64,000 nucleotides of DNA from positions 20,796 through 84,795 of the forward strand of contig JANRKD010000007.1 of NCBI GenBank assembly GCA_033763655.1. Direction: 5' to 3'. How positions within the stretch are numbered: the first letter of the stretch is position 1; each line of letters starts with the position of its first letter. The notes beneath the pieces are model-generated. The model did not search any database, was not told the origin of the DNA, and was given only the letters and a program-made list of their open reading frames with translations. Of the stretch, positions 8,047-17,928 are shown in pieces. The position numbers were made by a program, and so were the translations under genes. Source of the stretch: Alphaproteobacteria bacterium. Lineage in GTDB: Bacteria; Pseudomonadota; Alphaproteobacteria; Rickettsiales; UBA3002.

Positions 8047-9309
8047 ATGCATGTGTTTCCACCGCTTCGTTTTCTGCTGATTGGCCTGCTCGGATTCTTT
8101 TCCGGCCTGCCGCTGGCGCTCACCGCCTCGACCCTCACCGCCTGGCTGGCGGATGCGCAAGTCACCCGCGCGGGCATTGGCCTGTTCGCCGCCATTGCCA
8201 CCCCCTATGCCTTTAAATTCCTCTGGGCACCGCTGCTCGACGGGCTGCGCCTGCCTTGGCTCACCGCACGGTTCGGGCGACGGCGCAGCTGGCTGCTAGT
8301 CATCCAGACTCTGCTGGCGCTGGCGCTGGCCGCGATGGCCCTCACCGACCCCACCGCCCATGCCTGGATGACCGCGCTCGTCGGCATCGGCATCGCCACG
8401 CTTTCAGCCACACAAGACACGCTGATCGACGCCTACCGCGTCGAACGCCTGCCCAAAGAGGAACAGGGAAGCGGCGCCGCCTGGGCGACGTTCGGCTACC
8501 GCATCGGCATGCTGGTGTCGGGCGCGGGCGCGCTCTACCTTGCCGACCATGTCGGGTGGCGCACCACCTACCTACTGATGGCGGCGCTGATGGGATCATC
8601 TGTCCTGCTCACCTTGCGGATGTACGAACGCGCCGCCGCCGCACAGGTAGCTACATCCCCCGGGGTGCGGGGATTGGGGGCAATTCCTCCGTTCATCCGC
8701 GCCTTTGTCGTTGCCCCGTTCCGCGATTTCATGACGCGGCCCCTCTGGGTGCAGGTACTGGCGTTCGTGGTGCTCTATAAGCTCGGCGATGCGTTTATGG
8801 GGGTCATGTTCAACCCCTTCCTGCTCGACCTTGGCTTCAGCAAAACCGCCATCGCCAAAGTGGTAAAACTCTACGGGCTGGCGGCTACATTGCTTGGAAC
8901 GTTTGCGGGTGGCTGGCTGGTGGCGCGCGCGGGCATGTTTCGCGCCCTGCTGCTTTCGGGCCTCATGCATATGCTCACCAACCTGTTACTGGTGGTGCAG
9001 GCGCGCCTTGGAGCGGATGTCCATTTTCTTACCTACAGCATCAGTCTTGAAAACTTCACGGGCGGGATGAGCACCGCCGCCTTCATTGCCTATTTAAGCG
9101 CGCTCTGCCGCCTTAACTACACTGCAACACAATACGCCCTGCTTTCGTCGCTCGCCGCCTTTGGCCGCACCTGGCTATCGACTCCCTCGGGCGCGCTGGC
9201 CGAAGCGGTTGGTTGGGAAGTGTTTTTTGCCATCGCCAGCCTGATGGCGCTGCCCGGCCTGCTACTGCTGGTCTGGATCGAACGACGGGGGAGGAGAAAC
9301 ACATCTTGA
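8047..9309 (+). CDS. ampG: AmpG muropeptide MFS permease
   Basis: GFFSGLPLAL, KFLWAPLLD, GRRRSW, SATQD..ID.YR, YTATQYALLSS. Confidence 0.93.
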   Translation: MHVFPPLRFLLIGLLGFFSGLPLALTASTLTAWLADAQVTRAGIGLFAAIATPYAFKFLWAPLLDGLRLPWLTARFGRRRSWLLVIQTLLALALAAMALTDPTAHAWMTALVGIGIATLSATQDTLIDAYRVERLPKEEQGSGAAWATFGYRIGMLVSGAGALYLADHVGWRTTYLLMAALMGSSVLLTLRMYERAAAAQVATSPGVRGLGAIPPFIRAFVVAPFRDFMTRPLWVQVLAFVVLYKLGDAFMGVMFNPFLLDLGFSKTAIAKVVKLYGLAATLLGTFAGGWLVARAGMFRALLLSGLMHMLTNLLLVVQARLGADVHFLTYSISLENFTGGMSTAAFIAYLSALCRLNYTATQYALLSSLAAFGRTWLSTPSGALAEAVGWEVFFAIASLMALPGLLLLVWIERRGRRNTS

Positions 9310-9365
9310 CAGTTATGCTAATCTTAGTCATCTTATCGTGAGTCTTGATAAGATGACTAAGATTA
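9306..9365 (+). promoter_or_regulatory. Probable promoter (-35 TTGACA at 9306) next to a perfect 19-bp inverted repeat, a candidate operator
   Basis: TAATCTTAGTCATCTTATC (9319-9337), 9-nt spacer, GATAAGATGACTAAGATTA (9347-9365); ends 15 bp before the ATPase ATG. Confidence 0.65.
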
Positions 9366-9380
9366 ATAAGGTTTCTATAA

Positions 9381-10586
9381 ATGGAGCGCAGCACAAACCC
9401 TTTTTCTCCCGGCGCAGGCAGCCCCCCGCCCGAACTTGCGGGACGCGAATCGATTCTGGAAGACGCCTTGGTAGCGCTCGAACGCGTTAAGAATGGTCGG
9501 GCAGAAAAAAGCATGATGCTCGTTGGCTTGCGGGGTGTCGGCAAGACCGTTTTGTTGACTGAAATCCAAAGGTTGGCTAGAAATTCGGAATACCGCATTG
9601 CCTTCATCGAGGCGGTTGAGCGGCGACAGAAAAAATTGCTGGTTGAGCTGTTGATTCCCCCGCTTCGGAGCATTCTTTTTGATCTGGATCGCGGCGAAAT
9701 GATTAGCGAAAAAGCAAAGAGAGCGCTGCGTGTATTTAAAAGTTTCGTAGGCGCTTTGAAGTTGCGCGTCGGTGATTTAGAGTTTCATGTGAATGCCGAT
9801 GCCGAAACCGGCGAAGCGGACAGCGGAGATCTTGAGGCGGATCTGTCCACCTTGTTTGTTGCCATTGGCGAAGCCGCTAAAGATAGAAAAACAGCCGTCG
9901 CCATAATCATTGATGAGCTGCAATATTTAGATGACCGTGAGTTAAGCGCCATGATTATGGCGGTGCATCGTGTTTCACAGCGCTCGTTGCCGCTTATTCT
10001 GATTGGTGCCGGATTGCCTCAACTTCGTGCTAAAGCGGGTAATTCCAAATCTTATGCCGAAAGGCTGTTTTCTTACCCGCAAGTGGGGGCGCTTACAGAA
10101 CGGGATGCGAATTTTGCGTTGCAAGCCCCCGTTAAACAATTGGGGGTACGATTCACGGACGAGGCATTGAAAGCAATCTACGCCAAGACCAAGGGTTACC
10201 CTTATTTTATTCAGGAGTGGGGGAAGCATGCGTGGAATGTTGCCGACCATTCTGTCATTACAGAGGAAGACGTGCTTCGGGCGAATATCCTTGCCGTTCA
10301 CAGTCTGGATGAAAGTTTTTTTCGTGTTCGATTTGATCGCCTGACCCCGACAGAAAAAAAATATGTGCGCGCCTTGGCTGAACTTGGCACCGAACCTCAG
10401 CGTTCGGGAGAAATCGCCAGATTGCTTGGTAAGCCGGTGGAAAAGGTGGCGCCATTAAGGGGCCAATTAATTAACAAAGGCATGATTTATAGTCCGGCGC
10501 ATGGGGATACCGCATTTACCGTACCGATGTTTGAAGAATTCTTAATACGTGAAATTCCGACCTTCCAAACAGACGATGAATACTGA
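9381..10586 (+). CDS. AAA/STAND-like P-loop ATPase with a C-terminal winged helix
   Basis: NPF.PG...P..LAGRE N-terminus, Walker A GLRGVGKT, Walker B IIIDELQ, GYPYFIQ, and an HTH-like SGEIARLLGK...LRGQLINKGMI; visibly more AT-rich than its neighbours. Confidence 0.85.
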   Translation: MERSTNPFSPGAGSPPPELAGRESILEDALVALERVKNGRAEKSMMLVGLRGVGKTVLLTEIQRLARNSEYRIAFIEAVERRQKKLLVELLIPPLRSILFDLDRGEMISEKAKRALRVFKSFVGALKLRVGDLEFHVNADAETGEADSGDLEADLSTLFVAIGEAAKDRKTAVAIIIDELQYLDDRELSAMIMAVHRVSQRSLPLILIGAGLPQLRAKAGNSKSYAERLFSYPQVGALTERDANFALQAPVKQLGVRFTDEALKAIYAKTKGYPYFIQEWGKHAWNVADHSVITEEDVLRANILAVHSLDESFFRVRFDRLTPTEKKYVRALAELGTEPQRSGEIARLLGKPVEKVAPLRGQLINKGMIYSPAHGDTAFTVPMFEEFLIREIPTFQTDDEY

Positions 10587-10681
10587 CTCTGTCTGCACCA
10601 TCCATTTTATCTATCACCCCCTATTTACAGCATTCCTCCGTTTCGCTATGAGAGGTGCATTGTCGTTCTCAGGGAGTTTTT

Positions 10682-10816
10682 ATGACGCGCACCACCATCC
10701 TGCTGCTTGCTGCCACCCTCACGTTGCTGGCCGCCTGCGAAACCGTCGAGGGCCTGGGCCGCGATACGCAAAAACTCGGCAACAACATCACTGGCGCCGC
10801 CAAGAGCACGAAGTAG
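10682..10816 (+). CDS. Entericidin EcnA/B family lipoprotein (44 aa)
   Basis: Hand translation MTRTTILLLAATLTLLAACETVEGLGRDTQKLGNNITGAAKSTK*; lipobox LAAC and the C.TVEG.G.D signature; RBS AGGGAG. Missed by the ORF track. Confidence 0.9.
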   Translation: MTRTTILLLAATLTLLAACETVEGLGRDTQKLGNNITGAAKSTK

Positions 10817-10830
10817 CCGCCGCGCGGCGG

Positions 10831-10885
10831 GGCACTGTGGGGGCAGGCACTGTGGGGGCACAATACATCATCGTGCCCCCAGCGC
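10831..10885. repeat. Short REP-like repeat/hairpin between convergent genes
   Basis: GGCACTGTGGGGGCA twice in tandem, then TGGGGGCAC...GTGCCCCCA inverted arms. Confidence 0.5.
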
Positions 10886-10921
10886 ATCTTGCTCCTTGAG
10901 GCCGACCCAAAGCCGGGAAAA

Positions 10922-12028
10922 CTACTCCCAGATTGCCACGGGCGGCAGCGACATCAGGATAGCCTCGGCATTGCCGCCAGTCATCAGGCCAAAGCGTGTG
11001 CCGCGATCATAAAGCAAATTATACTCTGCATAGCGTCCACGCTTGACCAGTTGGTGATGGCGCTGCTCCTGCGTCCATGGCTCAAACATATGGCGGCGGA
11101 TAATCGCGGGGTAAATATGGGCAAACGCCCGCCCCACCGCCTGCGTGAAGGCAAAGCTTTGCTGCCAGTCAAGCCCCGCGTTCGCGGCCACTTCCATGCC
11201 GCGCGCCGTGGCTTCCTTGCCGACCCCGCCTTTGCCGAACTGACCGGAAGTGATGGGCGCGCGTTCACCCCCAAGGGTATTGAGGCCGAAATAATCATAG
11301 AAAATGCCACCGACGCCGCGCGCGACATTACGGTGGGGAATGAAGAAATACTCGTCGCACCAGTCTTTGAAGGCGGGATAAAATAGCGCCTGCTCCGCAC
11401 GATCGCCTTCCGGCGATTGCTTCGCGCCGCTTCGCGGGCTCATGGCTGTGCTCGCCCGACTCACCGAATCCGCTTCGTCGCACGCCGCTTTGAAGGCGGC
11501 ATGAAAATCGGCCGTGTCCTCGGCCACTTCAAACATCGGGTTCAAATCCCCGCCGCCGCCGAACCACAGGCGCGCGGGCGCGTCACCGACACAAATCATG
11601 CGCGTGTTAAAATGCGCGGCGGGCACCAGCGGCGAGGCCATATGCGCCACCAGCGAAATGCCCGACGCCCAGAAGCGCGGATTCTCCGTCGCGCCGGGAA
11701 TTTCTTTTCTGAACTGCTCGGAAAACTCGCCCTCCACGGTCGAGATATTGACTCCGACTTTCTCGAACACGCGGCCTTTCATCAGCGACATTTCGCCGCT
11801 GCCCCCTCCTTCGCGCGTCCACGCGGTGCGGGTGAAGGTGCCTGCCGGTGCGTCGCTGCCGGTCAGATCGGTTTCAATCGCCTCGAACGCGCCGCAAATC
11901 TGATCGCGCAAGCTGCGAAACCACGCTGCGGCGGTGGCTTTCTTTTCATCGAGCGTCCATTCGACCGCCGGTATTTCCATGACATCGCTCATTCGTTGGG
12001 CATTTTGACTACGCATTACCATCTCCAT
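10922..12028 (-). CDS. hemF: Oxygen-dependent coproporphyrinogen III oxidase with two in-frame insertions
   Basis: [70 protein letters not shown]. Confidence 0.95.
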   Translation of the reverse strand: MEMVMRSQNAQRMSDVMEIPAVEWTLDEKKATAAAWFRSLRDQICGAFEAIETDLTGSDAPAGTFTRTAWTREGGGSGEMSLMKGRVFEKVGVNISTVEGEFSEQFRKEIPGATENPRFWASGISLVAHMASPLVPAAHFNTRMICVGDAPARLWFGGGGDLNPMFEVAEDTADFHAAFKAACDEADSVSRASTAMSPRSGAKQSPEGDRAEQALFYPAFKDWCDEYFFIPHRNVARGVGGIFYDYFGLNTLGGERAPITSGQFGKGGVGKEATARGMEVAANAGLDWQQSFAFTQAVGRAFAHIYPAIIRRHMFEPWTQEQRHHQLVKRGRYAEYNLLYDRGTRFGLMTGGNAEAILMSLPPVAIWE

Positions 12029-12474
12029 TCGTTTTGCCGACAGGCTTCGGCGACCAGTATGCCTGCGCTCATCGCCAGGTTAAGGGAACGCATGCCTTCA
12101 CGCATCGGGATGGTGAGGGTAGCGTCCATCTGCTTATATAACGCGCGCGGGGTACCCGCCGATTCGCTGCCCAGCACCACATAATCGTCCGGGGCATACT
12201 GCATCTCGGTATAGCACGTCGTGCCGTCGGTTTCGAGTAGCAATAGCCGCCCGGGGCGGCCTTGACGCGCATCAAGAAACGCCTGCCAATTCACATGGCG
12301 CACCATCTGCACCTTATGGATATAATCCATCCCCACTCGCCGCAGTTTAGCCGCATCCATCGGAAAGCCGCACGGCTCGACGACATGAACCGTCGCCCCG
12401 AGGCACGCCGATAGCCGCAGCATCGCGCCGAGATTTTGCGGAATGTCGGGCTGGTAAAGCACAAGGTTGAGCAT
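12016..12474 (-). CDS. trmL: tRNA (cytidine/uridine-2'-O)-methyltransferase TrmL
   Basis: [36 protein letters not shown]. Confidence 0.93.
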   Translation of the reverse strand: MLNLVLYQPDIPQNLGAMLRLSACLGATVHVVEPCGFPMDAAKLRRVGMDYIHKVQMVRHVNWQAFLDARQGRPGRLLLLETDGTTCYTEMQYAPDDYVVLGSESAGTPRALYKQMDATLTIPMREGMRSLNLAMSAGILVAEACRQNEWRW

Positions 12475-12620
12475 CGCGGGGCCATCGTGGGGCGTGGTGG
12501 TGCGCTGTCTATAGGCTGCGGCGCGCCGTCTGGCCAGCGCGGTTATTTTCGGCTTTGTGATAATTGCCACACGCGGCGGGCTTCATCCCCGGCGCGGCGC
12601 GACCGATTGCCGCTAGCGGC

Positions 12621-12649
12621 TTGACAGGCTTTCGTGCAACGGGTAGCTG
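12621..12649 (+). promoter_or_regulatory. Candidate sigma70 promoter of petABC
   Basis: TTGACA (12621), 17 nt, TAGCTG (12644). Confidence 0.45.
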
Positions 12650-12691
12650 CAAAATGAACTCTCTCACTGCGCCGATACGTTTCGAGGTTTT

Positions 12692-13246
12692 ATGAGCAAC
12701 CCACCATCGTCTTCCCACGCCGCCGTTCCTGCGGTGGACAGCGCCCCGCGCCGCGATTTCCTGCTGCTGACCGCGCAGGCGATGGGGGCGGTCGGCGCCG
12801 CTGCCCTTGTCTGGCCGTTTGTCGATAGCATGAACCCGAGCGCCGACGTCCTGGCACTCGCCAGCACCGAAATCGACATCGGCGCCATTGCTGAAGGTCA
12901 GGAAATCAAGGTGGTCTGGCGCGGCAAGCCGGTATTTATCCGCCACCGCACGGCAAAAGACATCGACGAAGCCAACGCCGTCAATATTGCCGAGCTGCGC
13001 GACCCGGAAACCGACGGTGCGCGCGTGAAAAAGGGCCACGAAAAATGGCTGATTATGGTCGGCGTCTGCACCCATCTGGGCTGCGTGCCGCTGGGCGGCG
13101 GTCAGGGCGATTATAACGGCTGGTTCTGCCCGTGCCACGGCTCGCACTACGATTCCGCAGGCCGCATTCGCAAAGGCCCGGCGCCCAAAAATCTGGTTGT
13201 CCCGCCTTACGAATTCGTATCGGATACCAGAGTCAAAATCGGATAA
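12692..13246 (+). CDS. petA: Ubiquinol-cytochrome c reductase Rieske Fe-S subunit
   Basis: Tat RRDFL, CTHLGC, CPCHGS. Confidence 0.97.
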   Translation: MSNPPSSSHAAVPAVDSAPRRDFLLLTAQAMGAVGAAALVWPFVDSMNPSADVLALASTEIDIGAIAEGQEIKVVWRGKPVFIRHRTAKDIDEANAVNIAELRDPETDGARVKKGHEKWLIMVGVCTHLGCVPLGGGQGDYNGWFCPCHGSHYDSAGRIRKGPAPKNLVVPPYEFVSDTRVKIG

Positions 13247-13293
13247 GCATTACAATCAGAACCGCGCGTCTGATTCACTACGGAGACTAAACC

Positions 13294-14739
13294 ATGGCCC
13301 ACGCACCACAGGAAGAAAAGCCCGGCGTTATCGGTTGGATTGAATACCGTTTGCCGATTTTTTCGATGCTCAGCAACGCGCTGGTCGTCTACCCGACGCC
13401 GCGCAACCTGAACTATTTCTGGAATTTCGGCTCGATTGCGGGCATCATGCTTGTCGCCCAGATTCTCACCGGCATTTTCCTTGCCATGCACTACGCCGCC
13501 TCGACTGCGCTGGCCTTCGATTCGGTCGAGCATATCATGCGCAACGTCAATTACGGCTGGCTGATGCGTTACATGCACGCCGTCGGCGCCTCGATGTTCT
13601 TCATGGTCACCTTCATTCACCTCTTCCGCGGCCTCTATTACGGCTCCTACAAACGCCCGCGCGAGCTGCTCTGGTTCATCGGCGTCATTATCCTGCTCAT
13701 CATGATGGCCACCGCCTTCATGGGCTATGTGTTGCCCTGGGGGCAGATGAGTTTCTGGGGGGCGACGGTGATTACCAACCTGTTTTCGGCCTTCCCGCTT
13801 ATCGGCGATTCCATTGTTTCGTGGCTGTGGGGCGGTTTTTCGGTCGATAACCCAACGCTCAACCGCTTTTTCGCACTGCATTTCCTGCTGCCGTTCGTGC
13901 TGGTCGGCGTGGTGATGGTGCATCTGATGGCGCTGCACCAGCATGGCTCCAGCAACCCGACGGGAATCGACGTCAAGGGCCCGCAGGATCAGATTCCGTT
14001 CCACCCCTATTACACCAGCAAGGATTTCTTCGGTTTCGGCGTCTTTTTCCTGGTGTTTGCGGCGTTTCTTTTCTTCGCGCCGAACTATCTCGGCCACCCG
14101 GATAACTACATCCCCGCCGATCCGCTGGTGACGCCCAAACATATCGTGCCCGAATGGTATTTCCTGCCGTTTTACGCCATTTTACGCGCAATCACTTTCG
14201 ATATTCCGCTCTGGATTCCGGGTATGGGCCTGCTCGGCCTCACCTTCGCGCTGCGCCAGGGTGATCTCATGCGGGCGCTGGTTGGCGGCTCGAAAATCGG
14301 TAGCGTGCTGGTCTCCTTCCTGCCGAAAAAGCGGCTGGGCGGCGCAAGCACCCTCACCCTGCTGGTGCTGGGCGGCCTGCTGACCATCATGGGTTTTGGC
14401 GGCGGCTTTATCGCCTCGAAACTTGGCGGGGTGCTGGCGATGTTTGGCTCAATCGGCATTCTGTTCGCCCTGCCCTGGCTCGATACCAGTCCGGTGCGCT
14501 CGGCCAATTACCGCCCGCTTTACCAGTGGTTCTTCTGGCTGTTTGCGGTCAACGCGGTGGTGCTCGGCTATTGCGGCAGCCAACCGCCCGAAGGCATCTT
14601 CCCGCTGCTGTCGCTGGTCTGCACGGTCTATTATTTCGCGCATTTCCTGATTGTGATGCCCATTCTTGGCCGCATCGAGAAAACGCGCCCGCTGCCGCAA
14701 TCCATCGCGGTCTGCGTCACCCAGAAACCTGCCCGCTAG
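13294..14739 (+). CDS. petB: Cytochrome b of the bc1 complex, with a large internal insertion
   Basis: [53 protein letters not shown]. Confidence 0.97.
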   Translation: MAHAPQEEKPGVIGWIEYRLPIFSMLSNALVVYPTPRNLNYFWNFGSIAGIMLVAQILTGIFLAMHYAASTALAFDSVEHIMRNVNYGWLMRYMHAVGASMFFMVTFIHLFRGLYYGSYKRPRELLWFIGVIILLIMMATAFMGYVLPWGQMSFWGATVITNLFSAFPLIGDSIVSWLWGGFSVDNPTLNRFFALHFLLPFVLVGVVMVHLMALHQHGSSNPTGIDVKGPQDQIPFHPYYTSKDFFGFGVFFLVFAAFLFFAPNYLGHPDNYIPADPLVTPKHIVPEWYFLPFYAILRAITFDIPLWIPGMGLLGLTFALRQGDLMRALVGGSKIGSVLVSFLPKKRLGGASTLTLLVLGGLLTIMGFGGGFIASKLGGVLAMFGSIGILFALPWLDTSPVRSANYRPLYQWFFWLFAVNAVVLGYCGSQPPEGIFPLLSLVCTVYYFAHFLIVMPILGRIEKTRPLPQSIAVCVTQKPAR

Positions 14740-14750
14740 GAGTCCTGCCC

Positions 14751-15512
14751 ATGAAAACTTCGTTTCGTTTCGTGTGTGTCGCGCTGGCCCTGATGGCAGC
14801 CCCCGCCTTTGCTTCGGGCAGCAAAGCGGCGCCCAAACGCGTGGACTGGACGTTCGACGGCGTCTTTGGCCGGGTCGATACTCCGTCTATCCAGCGCGGG
14901 TTTCAGGTCTATAAGGAAGTCTGCTCGGCCTGCCACGGCCTCAAGCGCGTTTCCTTCCGCCAGCTTGAGGCGATTGGTTTTTCGGCAGCGGAAGTGAAAT
15001 CGCTCGCTGCAAGCTACACAGTAAAAGACGGCCCGAACGACGCGGGCGACATGTTCGAGCGCCCCGGCCGGCCGTCGGATTATCTCCCAAGCCCCTACGC
15101 CAACGATAACGCAGGCCGCGCCGCCAATAACGGCGCCCTGCCGCCCGACCAGAGCCTGATCATCAAAGCGCGTGAGGACGGGGCGAACTACATTTATTCC
15201 CTGCTCACCGGCTACGGTTCTCCGGTGCCGGAAGATGTCGTCCTGCCCGCCGGGGCCAGCTACAACCCGTATTTCGACGGCCATATCATCAAGATGATGC
15301 CGCCGCTGCGCGAGGATAGCGTCACCTACCAGGACGGCACCGCCGCCACCCTCGAACAGCAGGCCTATGACATTGTGAACTTCCTGCAATGGGCGGCGGA
15401 ACCGGAAATGGAGCAGCGCAAGAGCATGGGCATCCATGTCATGCTGTTTCTGGGCATCATGACGCTCTTCTTCTACCTCGTCAAAAAGCGCATCTGGAGC
15501 AACCTGCACTAG
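14751..15512 (+). CDS. petC: Cytochrome c1
   Basis: Signal peptide, RGFQVYKEVCSACH, NNGALPP, FL.WAAEP, C-terminal TM helix. Confidence 0.96.
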   Translation: MKTSFRFVCVALALMAAPAFASGSKAAPKRVDWTFDGVFGRVDTPSIQRGFQVYKEVCSACHGLKRVSFRQLEAIGFSAAEVKSLAASYTVKDGPNDAGDMFERPGRPSDYLPSPYANDNAGRAANNGALPPDQSLIIKAREDGANYIYSLLTGYGSPVPEDVVLPAGASYNPYFDGHIIKMMPPLREDSVTYQDGTAATLEQQAYDIVNFLQWAAEPEMEQRKSMGIHVMLFLGIMTLFFYLVKKRIWSNLH

Positions 15513-15527
15513 GTGCAGCGCGCCGGC

Positions 15528-16310
15528 ATGGAGTTTTTTAACGCCGCTTTTCTTGGTATCGTCGAGGGGATGACGGAGTTTTTGCCGGTGTCCTCGACCG
15601 GGCACCTGATTCTTTTTGTCGATCTGCTGAACTTCAGGGCGCCGGACGGCCACGTCTTCGAGGTGGTCATCCAACTCGGTGCCATCCTTGCCATTGTCGC
15701 GCTCTACTGGCGGAAATTATGGGACGTGCTGCGGCATCCGTTTGCGCCCTCCGCGCAGCATTTCGTGCGCAACGTGCTGCTCGCCTTCCTGCCTGCGGCA
15801 ATTATCGGCTTCTTCGCACATGACCTGATTAAAACCGCCCTCTTCAATCCCACCGTTGTCGCTGTCGCGCTGATTCTCGGCGGTATTGCCATCCTCGTCA
15901 TCGAGCGGATGAAACCGGTGGCGGTCATCGCCCGCACCGAAGACATGGGCATAAAAACCGCGCTCGCCATTGGTTTTATGCAATGCCTAGCGATGGTGCC
16001 GGGGGTTTCGCGCTCGGGGGCGACCATCATGGGTGCGCTGCTGATGAAGGTCGAGCGCAAAGCGGCGGCGGAGTTTTCGTTTTTTCTCGCCATCCCGACC
16101 ATGCTGGCCGCCACTTCCTACGATCTCTACAAAGCCCGCGACACCCTCAGTGCCGATGGGCTGGGCCTCATCGCGGTCGGGTTTGCGGTATCGTTCGTCG
16201 TGGCGCTGCTGGTGGTGCGCTGGCTGGTGCGCTTCGTACAGAATCACGGGTTTGGCGTGTTCGCGTGGTATCGGATTGCGCTGGGTGCCGCGATATTGCT
16301 GCTCGCCTGA
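15528..16310 (+). CDS. uppP: Undecaprenyl-diphosphate phosphatase
   Basis: GIVEGMTEFLPVSSTGHL, IQLGAILA, PGVSRSGATI, AEFSFFLAIP. Confidence 0.96.
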   Translation: MEFFNAAFLGIVEGMTEFLPVSSTGHLILFVDLLNFRAPDGHVFEVVIQLGAILAIVALYWRKLWDVLRHPFAPSAQHFVRNVLLAFLPAAIIGFFAHDLIKTALFNPTVVAVALILGGIAILVIERMKPVAVIARTEDMGIKTALAIGFMQCLAMVPGVSRSGATIMGALLMKVERKAAAEFSFFLAIPTMLAATSYDLYKARDTLSADGLGLIAVGFAVSFVVALLVVRWLVRFVQNHGFGVFAWYRIALGAAILLLA

Positions 16311-16328
16311 GCGAAAGACCCCGCGCGC

Positions 16329-17867
16329 CTACCGCCGCCGCAACTGCGCCAGCGTGCCGGGTTCATAGGCTTTGAACAGCAGCACGCCGATGCCAAACAC
16401 CGCCATGCCGGTGGCAATCAGCGCCGACAGGCCGATGACATTCGCCACCATCCCCTGCCCGGCCTCGCCCATGAACGGCCCCTGCGCGAGGGCAAGCGCT
16501 GCCGCCATGAAGGCGCTGGCAGCGAGCATTTTCAGCAGGCGGATTTTCAGGAGTGCATCGGGCGCAAAGACCCCGCGCCGGTGGAGAATCCACGCCATCA
16601 GCGCCAGATTCACCCACCCGGCGATGCTGGTGGCCATCGCCATCCCCACCTGCGCAAAAACCCGGCTCAGGGTGAGGTTGAAAAACAGATTCACCGCAAC
16701 ACAGATCAACGCAATCTTGAACGGCGTTTTCGTATCGTGGTTGGCATAGAACCCCGGCGCGAAAATTTTCACCGCGAGAAACGCCGGTAATCCGACGGTG
16801 AATGCCATCAGGGTCGGCACCACCGCGCGCATATCCTCGGGCGTAAACGCCCCGTGCTGGTAAAGTACGCGGATGACCGGCTCGGCAATCACCAGCAGCG
16901 CGGCGGTGGCAGGCAGGCCGAACAGCAGCACCAGTTCGAGCGCGCGGTTCATGCTCGTGCGTGCGCCGTCGAGGTTGCCGCTGCGGATTTGCTTGCTCAA
17001 CATCGGCAGCAGCACGGTGCCCACCGCGACACCAATCATGCCAATCGGCAATTCGGTGATGCGGTCGGCATAATAGAGGTACGACACCGCGCCCGGGATG
17101 TGGCTGGCGATGATGACATCAATCAGCAGATTAAGCTGCTGCACGCCCGAACCGAGTGCCGCCGGTGCCATCAGCAGCAGCATGGTTTTTACCCGCGCGG
17201 TCAGGCGGGGCGGCATCAGCGGCGGCATCATATCCGCCCGCAGGCAGGCCAGCACCAGCCAGCCAAGCTGCACCATCCCGGCGAGAAACACCGCGTAGCT
17301 GAGGGCATGCGCGGGGGTCGGGCTGAGGTTGCTGAGCCAGAGCATGCCGCCGATCATGCACAGGTTGAGCAGAATCGGGCTGGCGGCGGGGGCGGCAAAT
17401 TTACCCATGGAGTTCAGAATACCGCCCAGCAACGACACCAACGAAATAAACAGGATATAGGGAAACGTGATTTGCGAAAGGGCGACGGTGAGGTCGAATT
17501 TTTCCGGCGTATCGGTGAAGCCGGGCGCAAACAGCGGCGCAATCCACGGCATAAAGACAATGAACACCGCGTTGAGCACCAGCAATACCAGTAGCAACAC
17601 GCTCATCACTTCACCGGCGAATTTGATTGCAGCGTCGCGGCCATCACCGGTGAGGATGCTTGAAAAACTCGGGATAAACGCCGCGTTGAAGGCTCCTTCG
17701 GCAAACAGGCGGCGGAAAAAATTGGGCAGCTTGAAAGCGACAAAAAACGCATCCGACAGCATGCCCGCGCCGAGCAGGTTGGCCATCAGCACATCGCGCA
17801 CAAAGCCGCTGATGCGCGAAAGAAAGGTGAAAAAACCGATGGTCAGGGTGGATTTGACGAGTGACAT
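16329..17867 (-). CDS. murJ: Lipid II flippase MurJ
   Basis: SRISGFVRD, AFKLPNFFRRLFAEGA, LYYADRITELP, FYA..DTKTP. Confidence 0.96.
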   Translation of the reverse strand: MSLVKSTLTIGFFTFLSRISGFVRDVLMANLLGAGMLSDAFFVAFKLPNFFRRLFAEGAFNAAFIPSFSSILTGDGRDAAIKFAGEVMSVLLLVLLVLNAVFIVFMPWIAPLFAPGFTDTPEKFDLTVALSQITFPYILFISLVSLLGGILNSMGKFAAPAASPILLNLCMIGGMLWLSNLSPTPAHALSYAVFLAGMVQLGWLVLACLRADMMPPLMPPRLTARVKTMLLLMAPAALGSGVQQLNLLIDVIIASHIPGAVSYLYYADRITELPIGMIGVAVGTVLLPMLSKQIRSGNLDGARTSMNRALELVLLFGLPATAALLVIAEPVIRVLYQHGAFTPEDMRAVVPTLMAFTVGLPAFLAVKIFAPGFYANHDTKTPFKIALICVAVNLFFNLTLSRVFAQVGMAMATSIAGWVNLALMAWILHRRGVFAPDALLKIRLLKMLAASAFMAAALALAQGPFMGEAGQGMVANVIGLSALIATGMAVFGIGVLLFKAYEPGTLAQLRRR

Positions 17868-17928
17868 GAACGCGCGCGCCCTTATAGAGTAGGCGTCCAC
17901 CATGCCACCTTCCATGAGCCGACGCAAC

